12,784 nt of DNA. Origin: a virus (lineage: Duplodnaviria; Heunggongvirae; Uroviricota; Caudoviricetes). The number at the start of each line of letters is the position of its first letter. Positions within the stretch are counted from its first letter, which is position 1. Below are positions 1 through 8,690 of this stretch, piece after piece. The notes under the pieces are model-generated. The model was not told where the DNA came from and searched no databases. It was given only the letters and a program-made list of their open reading frames with translations. The position numbers and the translations under genes are program-made. Where the stretch lies: the IMG/VR virus record IMGVR_UViG_2648501669_000007. The stretch is one strand, 5' to 3'.

Positions 1-113
1 TTTAGTTGACCACAACAAAGTGCATTTATCATCTCCATAAAACAAAACCCGCCGTAGCGAGTTCAGATAAAATAAATCCCCGCGAGTGCGAGGATTGTTA
101 TGTAATATTGGGT

Positions 114-395
114 TTAATCATCTATATGTTTTGTACAGAGAGGGCAAGTATCGTTTCCACCGTACTCGTGATAATAATTTTGCACGGTATCAGTCATTTC
201 TCGCACATTGCAGAATGGGGATTTGTCTTCATTAGACTTATAAACCTTCATGGAATATTTGTATGCCGACTCTATATCTATACCTTCATCTACATAAACA
301 CCTTCGTGATGTCTGCATGGAGACAAGACACCGGATCTGCACAACATTGATAACGCCCAATCTTTTTGCTCAGACTCTAACTCATTGATACGCAT
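114..395 (-). CDS. ea8.5: Ea8.5 protein (lambda early-left accessory gene), 93 aa
   Basis: Intact 93-aa ORF in track; sequence MRINELESEQKDW... recognised as lambda Ea8.5; position relative to ea22 as in lambda. Confidence 0.88.
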   Translation of the reverse strand: MRINELESEQKDWALSMLCRSGVLSPCRHHEGVYVDEGIDIESAYKYSMKVYKSNEDKSPFCNVREMTDTVQNYYHEYGGNDTCPLCTKHIDD

Positions 396-586
396 TTATA
401 AACTCCTTGCAATGTATGTCGTTTCAGCTAAACGGTATCAGCAATGTTTATGTAAAGAAACAGTAAGATAATACTCAACCCGATGTTTGAGTACGGTCAT
501 CATCTGACACTACAGACTCTGGCATCGCTGTGAAGACGACGCGAAATTCAGCATTTTCACAAGCGTTATCTTTTACAAAACCGATC

Positions 587-1135
587 TCACTCTCCTTTGA
601 TGCAAATGCCAGCGTCAGACATCATATGCAGATACTCACCTGCATCCTGAACCCATTGACCTCCAACCCCGTAATAGCGATGCGTAGTGATGTCGATAGT
701 TACTAACGGGTCTTGTTCGATTAACTGCCGCAGAAACTCTTCCAGGTCACCAGTGCAGTGCTTGATAACAGGAGTCTTCCCAGGATGGCGAACAACAAGA
801 AACTGGTTTCCGTCTTCACGGACTTCGTTGCTTTCCAGTTTAGCAATACGCTTACTCCCATCCGAGATAACACCTTCGTAATACTCACGCTGCTCGTTGA
901 GTTTTGATTTTGCTGTTTCAAGCTCAACACGCAGTTTCCCTACTGTTAGCGCAATATCCTCGTTCTCCTAGTCGCGGCGTTTGATGTATTGCTGGTTTCT
1001 TTCCCGTTCATCCAGCAGTTCCAGCACAATCGATGGTGTTACCAATTCATGGAAAAGGTCTGCGTCAAATCCCCAGTCGTCATGCATTGCCTGCTCTGCC
1101 GCTTCACGCAGTGCCTGAGAGTTAATTTCGCTCAC
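587..1135 (-). pseudogene. ea22: ea22 homolog, 182 codons, interrupted by in-frame TAG at codon 56
   Basis: GTG start at 1133-1135 overlapping orf73 stop; frame runs 182 codons to TGA at 587-589; codon 56 (968-970) reads TAG, so no long ORF appears in the track; flanking residues ...IKRRD*ENEDIALTVGKLRVE... recalled as lambda Ea22. Confidence 0.8.
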
Positions 1136-1353
1136 TTCGAACCTCTCTGTTTACTGATAAGTTCCAGATCCTCCTGGCAACTTGCACAAGTCCGACAACC
1201 CTGAACGGCCAAGCGTCTTCGTTCATCTATCGGATCGCCACACTCACAACAATGAGTGGCAGATATAGCCTGGTGGTTCAGACGGCGCATTTTTATTGCT
1301 GTGTTGCGCTGTAATTCTTCAATTTCTGATGCTGAATCAATGATGTCTGCCAT
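1132..1353 (-). CDS. 73-aa TraR/DksA-like C4 zinc-finger protein (lambda orf73 equivalent)
   Basis: Intact 73-aa ORF; CxxC-(17)-CxxC motif (CCECGDPIDERRRLAVQGCRTCASC) typical of TraR/DksA family; stop overlaps ea22 start. Confidence 0.8.
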   Translation of the reverse strand: MADIIDSASEIEELQRNTAIKMRRLNHQAISATHCCECGDPIDERRRLAVQGCRTCASCQEDLELISKQRGSK

Positions 1354-1408
1354 CTTTCATTAATCCCTGAATTGTTGGTTAATACGCTTGAGGGTGAATG
1401 CGAATAAT

Positions 1409-1429
1409 AAAAAAGGAGCCTGTAGCTCC
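1409..1429 (-). terminator. Intrinsic terminator-like hairpin on the leftward transcript (possibly a lambda tL terminator)
   Basis: Stem GGAGC/GCTCC (1415-1419 / 1425-1429) followed on the minus strand by a T6 run (plus-strand A6 at 1409-1414); lies between two leftward ORFs. Confidence 0.5.
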
Positions 1430-1451
1430 ATGATGATTTTGTTTTTCATGC

Positions 1452-1733
1452 TCACCGTTCCTTAAAGACGCCGTTTAACATGCCGATCGCCAGGCTTAAA
1501 TGAGTCGGTGTGAATCCCATCAGCGTTACCGTTTCGCGGTGCTTCTTCAGTACGCTACGGCAAATGTCATCGACGTTTTTATCCGGAAACTGCTGTCTGA
1601 CTTTTTTGATTTCAGAATTAGCCTGACGGGCAATACTGCGAAGGGCGTTTTCTTGCTGAGGTGTCATTGAACAAGTCCCATGTCGGCAAGCATAAGCACA
1701 CAGAATATGAAGCCCGCTGCCAGAAAAATGCAT
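1452..1733 (-). CDS. Hypothetical small protein in the lambda orf61 region (93 aa from the first ATG; 71 aa if started at MTPQQ, 1452-1667)
   Basis: ORF in track; non-repetitive composition; the MTPQQ start at 1665-1667 overlaps the stop of an upstream 27-codon ORF (ATGA); an in-frame TGA at 1734-1736 separates it from an ATG at 1761-1763. Confidence 0.5.
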   Translation of the reverse strand: MHFSGSGLHILCAYACRHGTCSMTPQQENALRSIARQANSEIKKVRQQFPDKNVDDICRSVLKKHRETVTLMGFTPTHLSLAIGMLNGVFKER

Positions 1734-1747
1734 TCAGTGGTTGTCAT
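1664..1747 (-). CDS. Possible 27-aa hydrophobic peptide (MTTTECIFLAAGFIFCVLMLADMGLVQ)
   Basis: ATG at 1745-1747 overlaps the orf63 stop (ATGA) and its stop overlaps the next ATG (ATGA), suggesting translational coupling; strongly hydrophobic; not in the track because it is short. Confidence 0.3.
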   Translation of the reverse strand: MTTTECIFLAAGFIFCVLMLADMGLVQ

Positions 1748-1935
1748 ACCTGGTCTCTCTCATCTGCTTCTGCTTTCGCCACCATCATTTCCAGCTTTTG
1801 TGAAAGGGATGCGGCTAACGTATGAAATTCTTCGTCTGTTTCTACTGGTATTGGCACAAACCTGACTCCAATTTGAGCGAGGCTATGTGCCATCTCAATG
1901 CTCGTTCTTAACTCAACAGGAGATGCTTTGTGCAT
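1744..1935 (-). CDS. Lambda orf63-like protein, 63 aa
   Basis: Intact 63-aa ORF in track; size and position match lambda orf63 between orf60a and the orf61 region. Confidence 0.8.
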   Translation of the reverse strand: MHKASPVELRTSIEMAHSLAQIGVRFVPIPVETDEEFHTLAASLSQKLEMMVAKAEADERDQV

Positions 1936-2090
1936 ACAGCTCCCCGTTTATTATTTATCTCCTCAGCCAGCCGCTGTGCTTTCAGTGGATTTCGGGTAAC
2001 AGAAAGGCCGGGAAATACCCAGCCTCGCTTTGTAACGGAGTAGACGAAAGTGATCGCACCTACCCGGATATTATCGTGAGGATGCTTCAT
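1908..2090 (-). CDS. Lambda orf60a-like protein, 60 aa
   Basis: Track ORF 1908-2096; start chosen at the second ATG (2088-2090), which overlaps the exo stop as ATGA and gives 60 aa. Confidence 0.7.
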   Translation of the reverse strand: MKHPHDNIRVGAITFVYSVTKRGWVFPGLSVTRNPLKAQRLAEEINNKRGAVCTKHLLLS

Positions 2091-2767
2091 CGCCATTGTT
2101 CCCCAAATACAAAACCAATTTCAGCCAGTGCCTCGTCCATTTTTTCGATGAACTCCGGCACCATCTCGTCAAAACTCGCCATGTAATTTTCATCCCGCTC
2201 AACCACGACATAATGCAGGCCTTCACGCTTCATTCGTGGGTCATAGTTGGCAAAGTACCAGGCATCTTTTCGTGTCACCCACATGCTGTACTGCACCTGG
2301 GCCATGTAAGCCGACTTTATGGCCTCGAAACCACCGAGCCGGAACTTCATGAAATCCCGGGAGGTAAACGGGCATTTCAGCTCAAGGCCGTTGCCGTCAC
2401 TGCATAAACCATCGGGAGAGCAGGCGGTGCGCATACTTTCGTCGCGATAGATGATCGGGGATTCAGTAACATTCACGCCGGAAGTAAACTCAAACAGGGC
2501 TCTGGCGTCGTTCTCGTACTGTTTTCCCCAGGCCAGTGCTTTAGCGTTAACTTCCGGAGCCACACCGGTGCAAACCTCGGCAAGCAGGGTGTGGAAGTAG
2601 GACATTTTCATGTCAGGCCACTTCTTTCCTGAGCGGGGCTTTGCTATCACGTTGTGAACTTCTGAAGCGGTGATGACGCCGAGCCGTAATTTGTGCCATG
2701 CATCATCCCCCTGTTCGACAGCTCTCACGTCGATCCCGGTACGCTGCAGGATAATGTCCGGTGTCAT
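2087..2767 (-). CDS. exo: Lambda exonuclease (Red alpha), 226 aa
   Basis: Intact 226-aa [43 protein letters not shown]... recognised as lambda Exo; ATGA overlap with bet. Confidence 0.97.
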   Translation of the reverse strand: MTPDIILQRTGIDVRAVEQGDDAWHKLRLGVITASEVHNVIAKPRSGKKWPDMKMSYFHTLLAEVCTGVAPEVNAKALAWGKQYENDARALFEFTSGVNVTESPIIYRDESMRTACSPDGLCSDGNGLELKCPFTSRDFMKFRLGGFEAIKSAYMAQVQYSMWVTRKDAWYFANYDPRMKREGLHYVVVERDENYMASFDEMVPEFIEKMDEALAEIGFVFGEQWR

Positions 2768-3549
2768 GCTGCCACCTTCTGCTCAGTGGCTTTCTGTTTC
2801 AGGAATCCGAGAGCTTTCACTGCTTCGGCCTGTGTCAGTTCTGACGATGCGCGAATGTCGCGGCGAAATATCTGGGAACAGAGCGGCAATAAGTCGTCAT
2901 CCCATGTTTTATCCAGGGCAATCAGCAGAGTGTTAATCTCCTGCATGGTTTCATCGTTAACCGGAGTGATGTCGCGTTCCGGCTGACGTTCTGCAGTGTA
3001 TGCGGTATTTTCGACAATGCGCTCGGCTTCATCCTTGTCATAGATACCAGCAAATCCGAAGGCCAGACGGGCACACTGAATCATGGCTTTATGACGTAAC
3101 ATCCGTTTGGGATGCGACTGCCACGGCCCCGTGATTTCTCTGCCTTCGCGGGTTTTGAATGGTTCGCGGCGGCATTCATCCATCCACTCGGTAACGCAGA
3201 TCGGATGATTGCGGTCCTTGCGGTAAATCCGGCATGTGCAGGATTCATTGTCCTGCTCAAAGTCCATACCATCAAACTGCTGGTTTTCATTGATGATGCG
3301 GGACCAGCCATCAACGCCCACCACCGGAACGATGCCGTTCTGCTTATCAGGGAAGGCGTAAATTTCTTTCGTCCACGGATTAAGGCCGTACTGGTTGGCG
3401 ACGATCAACAATGCGATGAACTGCGCATCGCTGGCATCACCTTTAAATGCCGTCTGGCGAAGAGTGGTGATCAGTTCCTGTGGGTCGACAGAATCCATGC
3501 CGACACGTTCAGCCAGCTTCCCTGCCAGCGTTGCGAGTGCTGTACTCAT
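2764..3549 (-). CDS. bet: Bet single-strand annealing protein (Red beta), 261 aa
   Basis: Intact 261-aa [40 protein letters not shown]... recognised as lambda Bet. Confidence 0.97.
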   Translation of the reverse strand: MSTALATLAGKLAERVGMDSVDPQELITTLRQTAFKGDASDAQFIALLIVANQYGLNPWTKEIYAFPDKQNGIVPVVGVDGWSRIINENQQFDGMDFEQDNESCTCRIYRKDRNHPICVTEWMDECRREPFKTREGREITGPWQSHPKRMLRHKAMIQCARLAFGFAGIYDKDEAERIVENTAYTAERQPERDITPVNDETMQEINTLLIALDKTWDDDLLPLCSQIFRRDIRASSELTQAEAVKALGFLKQKATEQKVAA

Positions 3550-3554
3550 CCGTT

Positions 3555-3972
3555 TTATACCTCTGAATCAATATCAACCTGGTGGTGAGCAATGGTTTCA
3601 ACCATGTACCGGATGTGTTCTGCCATGCGCTCCTGAAACTCAACATCGTCATCAAACGCACGGGTAATGGCTTTTTTGCTGGCCCCGTGGCGTTGCAAAT
3701 GATCGATGCATAGCGATTCAAACAGGTGCTGGGGCAGGCCTTTTTCCATGTCGTCTGCCAGTTCTGCCTCTTTCTCTTCACGGGCGATCTGCTGGTAGTG
3801 ACGCGCCCAGCTCTGAGCCTCAAGACGATCCTAAATGTAATAAGCGTTCATGGCTGAACTCCTGAAAATGGCTGTGAAAATATCGCCCGCGAAATGCCAG
3901 GCTGATTAGGAAAACAGGAAAGGGGGTTAGTGAATGCTTTTGCTTGATCTCAGTTTCTGTATTAATATCCAT
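3555..3972 (-). pseudogene. gam: gam (RecBCD inhibitor) homolog, disrupted: TAG at codon 7 of the GamS frame and the long-form start out of frame
   Basis: Track holds only the C-terminal 64 aa ([26 protein letters not shown]...). Upstream in the same frame: ATG 3849-3851, MNAYYI, then TAG at 3831-3833. The [13 protein letters not shown] at 3970-3972 is 121 nt upstream, so it is in a different frame. Confidence 0.85.
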
Positions 3973-4070
3973 TTTTTATAAGCGTCGACGGCCTCACGAA
4001 ACATCTTTTCATCGCCAATAAAAGTGGCGATAGTGAATTTAGTCTGGATAGCCATAATTGTTTGATCCAT
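3927..4070 (-). CDS. kil: Kil (host cell-division inhibitor), 47 aa
   Basis: [47 protein letters not shown] forms the C-terminal 47 aa of track ORF 3927-4196; start overlaps the cIII 3' end as in lambda. Confidence 0.85.
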   Translation of the reverse strand: MDQTIMAIQTKFTIATFIGDEKMFREAVDAYKKWILIQKLRSSKSIH

Positions 4071-4203
4071 TTTTCGGGACTCCTGGCTGATTAAGTATGT
4101 CGATAAGGCGTTTCCATCCGTCACGTAATTTACGGGTGATTCGTTCAAGTAAAGATTCGGAAGGGCAGCCAGCAACAGGCCACCCTGCAATGGCATATTG
4201 CAT
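4039..4203 (-). CDS. cIII: CIII (FtsH inhibitor that stabilises CII), 54 aa
   Basis: Hand translation from ATG 4201-4203 gives [54 protein letters not shown] then TAA; too short for the track. Confidence 0.9.
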   Translation of the reverse strand: MQYAIAGWPVAGCPSESLLERITRKLRDGWKRLIDILNQPGVPKNGSNNYGYPD

Positions 4204-4275
4204 GGTGTGCTCCTTATTTATACATAACGAAAAACGCCTCGAGTGAAGCGTAATTGGTATGCGGTAACGCCGCGC

Positions 4276-4644
4276 TCAGGCGGCTTTGATAGTCATATCA
4301 TCTGGATCAAATATTCCTGATGTATCGATATCGGTAATTCTTATTCCTTCGCTACCATCCATTGGAGGCCATCCTTCCTGACCATTTCCATCATTCCAGT
4401 CGAACTCACACACAACACCATATGCATTTAATTCGCTTGAAATTGCTATAAGCAGAGCATGTTGCGCCAGCATGATTAATACAGCATTTAATACAGAGCC
4501 GTGTTTATTGAGTCGGTATTCAGAGTCTGACCAGAAATTATTAATCTGGTGAAGTTTTTCCTCTGTCATTACGTCATGGTCGATTTCAATTTCTATTGAT
4601 GCTTTCCAGTCGTAATCAATGATGTATTTTTTGATGTTTGACAT
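4276..4644 (-). CDS. ea10: Ea10 protein, 122 aa
   Basis: Intact 122-aa ORF; size and position between cIII and ral match lambda ea10. Confidence 0.85.
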   Translation of the reverse strand: MSNIKKYIIDYDWKASIEIEIDHDVMTEEKLHQINNFWSDSEYRLNKHGSVLNAVLIMLAQHALLIAISSELNAYGVVCEFDWNDGNGQEGWPPMDGSEGIRITDIDTSGIFDPDDMTIKAA

Positions 4645-4662
4645 CTATTCATATCCTCATAG

Positions 4663-4690
4663 ATAAAAAATCGCCCTCACACTGGAGGGC
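4663..4690 (-). terminator. Intrinsic terminator-like hairpin on the leftward transcript, between ral and ea10
   Basis: Stem GCCCTC/GAGGGC (4673-4678 / 4685-4690) followed on the minus strand by a T6 run (plus-strand A6 at 4665-4670). Confidence 0.45.
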
Positions 4691-4826
4691 AAAGAAGATT
4701 TCCAATAATCAGAACAAGTCGGCTCCTGTTTAGTTACGAGCGACATTGCTCCGTGTATTCACTCGTTGGAATGAATACACAGTGCAGTGTTTATTCTGTT
4801 ATTTATGCCAAAAATAAAGGCCACTA

Positions 4827-5027
4827 TCAGGCAGCTTTGTTGTTCTGTTTACCAAGTTCTCTGGCAATCATTGCCGTCGTTCGTATTGCCCATTTATCGA
4901 CATATTTCCCATCTTCCATTACAGGAAACATTTCTTCAGGCTTAACCATGCATTCCGATTGCAGCTTGCATCCATTGCATCGCTTGAATTGTCCACACCA
5001 TTGATTTTTATCAATAGTCGTAGTCAT
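4827..5027 (-). CDS. ral: Ral restriction-alleviation protein, 66 aa
   Basis: Intact 66-aa ORF MTTTIDKNQWCGQFKRCNGCKLQSECMVKPEEMF... recognised as lambda Ral. Confidence 0.9.
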   Translation of the reverse strand: MTTTIDKNQWCGQFKRCNGCKLQSECMVKPEEMFPVMEDGKYVDKWAIRTTAMIARELGKQNNKAA

Positions 5028-5097
5028 ACGGATAGTCCTGGTATTGTTCCATCACATCCTGAGGATGCTCTTCGAACTCTTCAAATTCTTCTTCCAT
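5011..5097 (-). CDS. orf28-like acidic peptide (MEEEFEEFEEHPQDVMEQYQDYPYDYDY), 28 aa
   Basis: Hand translation from ATG 5095-5097 to TGA 5011-5013; overlaps the ral start as lambda orf28 does; below track threshold. Confidence 0.55.
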   Translation of the reverse strand: MEEEFEEFEEHPQDVMEQYQDYPYDYDY

Positions 5098-5221
5098 ATA
5101 TCACCTTAAATAGTGGATTGCGGTAGTAAAGATTGTGCCTGTCTTTTAACCACATCAGGCTCGGTGGTTCTCGTGTACCCCTACAGCGAGAAATCGGATA
5201 AACTATTACAACCCCTACAGT

Positions 5222-5776
5222 TTGATGAGTATAGAAATGGATCCACTCGTTATTCTCGGACGAGTGTTCAGTAATGAACCTCTGGAGAGAACCATGTATA
5301 TGATCGTTATCTGGGTTGGACTTCTGCTTTTAAGCCCAGATAACTGGCCTGAATATGTTAATGAGAGAATCGGTATTCCTCATGTGTGGCATGTTTTCGT
5401 CTTTGCTCTTGCATTTTCGCTAGCAATTAATGTGCATCGATTATCAGCTATTGCCAGCGCCAGATATAAGCGATTTAAGCTAAGAAAACGCATTAAGATG
5501 CAAAACGATAAAGTGCGATCAGTAATTCAAAACCTTACAGAAGAGCAATCTATGGTTTTGTGCGCAGCCCTTAATGAAGGCAGGAAGTATGTGGTTACAT
5601 CAAAACAATTCCCATACATTAGTGAGTTGATTGAGCTTGGTGTGTTGAACAAAACTTTTTCCCGATGGAATGGGAAGCATATATTATTCCCTATTGAGGA
5701 TATTTACTGGACTGAATTAGTTGCCAGCTATGATCCATATAATATTGAGATAAAGCCAAGGCCAATATCTAAGTAA
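5222..5776 (+). CDS. sieB: SieB superinfection-exclusion protein (membrane protein), 184 aa
   Basis: Intact 184-aa ORF with hydrophobic segments; only rightward gene in the pL operon region; ends one base before the N stop codon, as in lambda. Confidence 0.88.
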   Translation: MMSIEMDPLVILGRVFSNEPLERTMYMIVIWVGLLLLSPDNWPEYVNERIGIPHVWHVFVFALAFSLAINVHRLSAIASARYKRFKLRKRIKMQNDKVRSVIQNLTEEQSMVLCAALNEGRKYVVTSKQFPYISELIELGVLNKTFSRWNGKHILFPIEDIYWTELVASYDPYNIEIKPRPISK

Positions 5777-6100
5777 CTAGATAAGAGGAATCGATTTTCC
5801 CTTAATTTTCTGGCGTCCACTGCATGTTATGCCGCGTTCGCCAGGCTTGCTGTACCATGTGCGCTGATTCTTGCGCTCAATACGTTGCAGGTTGCTTTCA
5901 ATCTGTTTGTGGTATTCAGCCAGCACTGTAAGGTCTATCGGATTTAGTGCGCTTTCTACTCGTGATTTCGGTTTGCGATTCAGCGAGAGAATAGGGCGGT
6001 TAACTGGTTTTGCGCTTACCCCAACCAACAGGGGATTTGCTGCTTTCCATTGAGCCTGTTTCTCTGCGCGACGTTCGCGGCGGCGTGTTTGTGCATCCAT
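5777..6100 (-). CDS. N: N transcription antiterminator, 107 aa
   Basis: Track ORF 5777-6178 contains MDAQTRRRERRAEKQAQWKAANPLLVGVSAKPVNRP... (arginine-rich motif); start assigned to ATG 6098-6100. Confidence 0.95.
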   Translation of the reverse strand: MDAQTRRRERRAEKQAQWKAANPLLVGVSAKPVNRPILSLNRKPKSRVESALNPIDLTVLAEYHKQIESNLQRIERKNQRTWYSKPGERGITCSGRQKIKGKSIPLI

Positions 6101-6258
6101 CTGGATTCTTCTGTCAGTTAGCTTTGGTGGTGTGTGGCAGTTGTAGTCCTGAACGAAAACCCCCCGCGATTGGCACATTGGCAGCTAATCCGGAATCGCA
6201 CTTACGGCCAATGCTTCGTTTCGTATCACACACCCCAAAGCCTTCTGCTTTGAATGCT

Positions 6259-6289
6259 GCCCTTCTTCAGGGCTTAATTTTTAAGAGCG
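6259..6289 (-). promoter_or_regulatory. nutL (boxB hairpin plus boxA) N-utilisation site
   Basis: Minus strand reads CGCTCTTA (boxA, 6282-6289) and GCCCTGAAGAAGGGC (boxB, 6259-6273), downstream of the pL start. Confidence 0.8.
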
Positions 6290-6319
6290 TCACCTTCATG
6301 GTGGTCAGTGCGTCCTGCT

Positions 6320-6391
6320 GATGTGCTCAGTATCACCGCCAGTGGTATTTATGTCAACACCGCCAGAGATAATTTATCACCGCAGATGGTT
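6320..6391 (-). promoter_or_regulatory. pL promoter with operators OL1, OL2 and OL3
   Basis: OL1 TATCACCGCCAGTGGTA 6331-6347, OL2 CAACACCGCCAGAGATA 6355-6371, OL3 TATCACCGCAGATGGTT 6375-6391; minus-strand -35 TTGACA (6352-6357) and -10 GATACT (6329-6334). Confidence 0.9.
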
Positions 6392-6540
6392 ATCTGTATG
6401 TTTTTTATATGAATTTATTTTTTGCAGGGGGGCATTGTTTGGTAGGTGAGAGATCTGAATTGCTATGTTTAGTGAGTTGTATCTATTTATTTTTCAATAA
6501 ATACAATTGGTTATGTGTTTTGGGGGCGATCGTGAGGCAA

Positions 6541-6566
6541 AGAAAACCCGGCGCTGAGGCCGGGTT
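6541..6566 (-). terminator. Intrinsic terminator after rexB (tImm-like)
   Basis: GC-rich hairpin AACCCGGC-CTCAGC-GCCGGGTT on the minus strand followed by TTTCTTT, immediately past the rexB stop. Confidence 0.6.
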
Positions 6567-6999
6567 ATTCTTGTTCTCTGGTCAAATTATATAGTTGGAA
6601 AACAAGGATGCATATATGAATGAACGATGCAGAGGCAATGCCGATGGCGATAGTGGGTATCATGTAGCCGCTTATGCTGGAAAGAAGCAATAACCCGCAG
6701 AAAAACAAAGCTCCAAGCTCAACAAAACTAAGGGCATAGACAATAACTACCGATGTCATATACCCATACTCTCTAATCTTGGCCAGTCGGCGCGTTCTGC
6801 TTCCGATTAGAAACGTCAAGGCAGCAATCAGGATTGCAATCATGGTTCCTGCATATGATGACAATGTCGCCCCAAGACCATCTCTATGAGCTGAAAAAGA
6901 AACACCAGGAATGTAGTGGCGGAAAAGGAGATAGCAAATGCTTACGATAACGTAAGGAATTATTACTATGTAAACACCAGGCATGATTCTGTTCCGCAT
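6565..6999 (-). CDS. rexB: RexB (membrane ion-channel component of Rex abortive infection/exclusion), 144 aa
   Basis: Intact 144-aa highly hydrophobic ORF MRNRIMPGVYIVIIPYVIVSICYLLF... recognised as lambda RexB. Confidence 0.95.
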   Translation of the reverse strand: MRNRIMPGVYIVIIPYVIVSICYLLFRHYIPGVSFSAHRDGLGATLSSYAGTMIAILIAALTFLIGSRTRRLAKIREYGYMTSVVIVYALSFVELGALFFCGLLLLSSISGYMIPTIAIGIASASFIHICILVFQLYNLTREQE

Positions 7000-7014
7000 A
7001 ATTACTCCTGATAA

Positions 7015-7854
7015 TTAATCCTTAACTTTGCCCACCTGCCTTTTAAAACATTCCAGTATATCACTTTTCATTCTTGCGTAGCAATATGCCATCTCTTCAG
7101 CTATCTCAGCATTGGTGACCTTGTTCAGAGGCGCTGAGAGATGGCCTTTTTCTGATAGATAATGTTCTGTTAAAATATCTCCGGCCTCATCTTTTGCCCG
7201 CAGGCTAATGTCTGAAAATTGAGGTGACGGGTTAAAAATAATATCCTTGGCAACCTTTTTTATATCCCTTTTAAATTTTGGCTTAATGACTATATCCAAT
7301 GAGTCAAAAAGCTCCCCTTCAATATCTGTTGCCCCTAAGACCTTTAATATATCGCCAAATACAGGTAGCTTGGCTTCTACCTTCACCGTTGTTCGGCCGA
7401 TGAAATGCATATGCATAACATCGTCTTTGGTGGTTCCCCTCATCAGTGGCTCTATCTGAACGCGCTCTCCACTGCTTAATGACATTCCTTTCCCGATTAA
7501 AAAATCTGTCAGATCGGATGTGGTCGGCCCGAAAACAGTTCTGGCAAAACCAATGGTGTCGCCTTCAACAAACAAAAAAGATGGGAATCCCAATGATTCG
7601 TCATCTGCGAGGCTGTTCTTAATATCTTCAACTGAAGCTTTAGAGCGATTTATCTTCTGAACCAGACTCTTGTCATTTGTTTTGGTAAAGAGAAAAGTTT
7701 TTCCATCGATTTTATGAATATACAAATAATTGGAGCCAACCTGCAGGTGATGATTATCAGCCAGCAGAGAATTAAGGAAAACAGACAGGTTTATTGAGCG
7801 CTTATCTTTCCCTTTATTTTTGCTGCGGTAAGTCGCATAAAAACCATTCTTCAT
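7015..7854 (-). CDS. rexA: RexA (sensor/activator component of Rex exclusion), 279 aa
   Basis: Intact 279-aa ORF MKNGFYATYRSKNKGKDKRSINLSVFLNSLLADNHHLQ... recognised as lambda RexA; sits in the cI-rexA-rexB operon. Confidence 0.95.
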   Translation of the reverse strand: MKNGFYATYRSKNKGKDKRSINLSVFLNSLLADNHHLQVGSNYLYIHKIDGKTFLFTKTNDKSLVQKINRSKASVEDIKNSLADDESLGFPSFLFVEGDTIGFARTVFGPTTSDLTDFLIGKGMSLSSGERVQIEPLMRGTTKDDVMHMHFIGRTTVKVEAKLPVFGDILKVLGATDIEGELFDSLDIVIKPKFKRDIKKVAKDIIFNPSPQFSDISLRAKDEAGDILTEHYLSEKGHLSAPLNKVTNAEIAEEMAYCYARMKSDILECFKRQVGKVKD

Positions 7855-7966
7855 AATTCAATCCATTTACTATGTTATGTTCTGAGGGGAGTGAAAATTC
7901 CCCTAATTCGATGAAGATTCTTGCTCAATTGTTATCAGCTATGCGCCGACCAGAACACCTTGCCGA

Positions 7967-8683
<717 letters not shown>

Positions 8684-8690
8684 TTAAATC

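Noticed and set aside
6-350. 114-aa ORF on the plus strand
   Set aside because: Lies antisense to the recognised ea8.5 gene and the end of the b region; low-complexity, hydrophobic, codon-odd translation; considered a spurious antisense ORF.
2096-3667. Plus-strand ORFs of 88-158 aa (2096-2407, 2670-2936, 2693-2986, 3112-3588, 3395-3667)
   Set aside because: All lie antisense to, or out of frame within, the well-supported exo and bet genes; no start context; typical GC-rich antisense frames.
587-3972. Possibility that the in-frame TAG codons reflect amber stop-codon reassignment (alternative genetic code)
   Set aside because: Only two TAG interruptions, both in non-essential genes; all other genes terminate normally and are full length with standard-code translation; recoding is not supported.
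6565-7854. rexA-rexB as a candidate novel defence system
   Set aside because: This is the classical lambda Rex exclusion system, long characterised; it is intact here but not novel.
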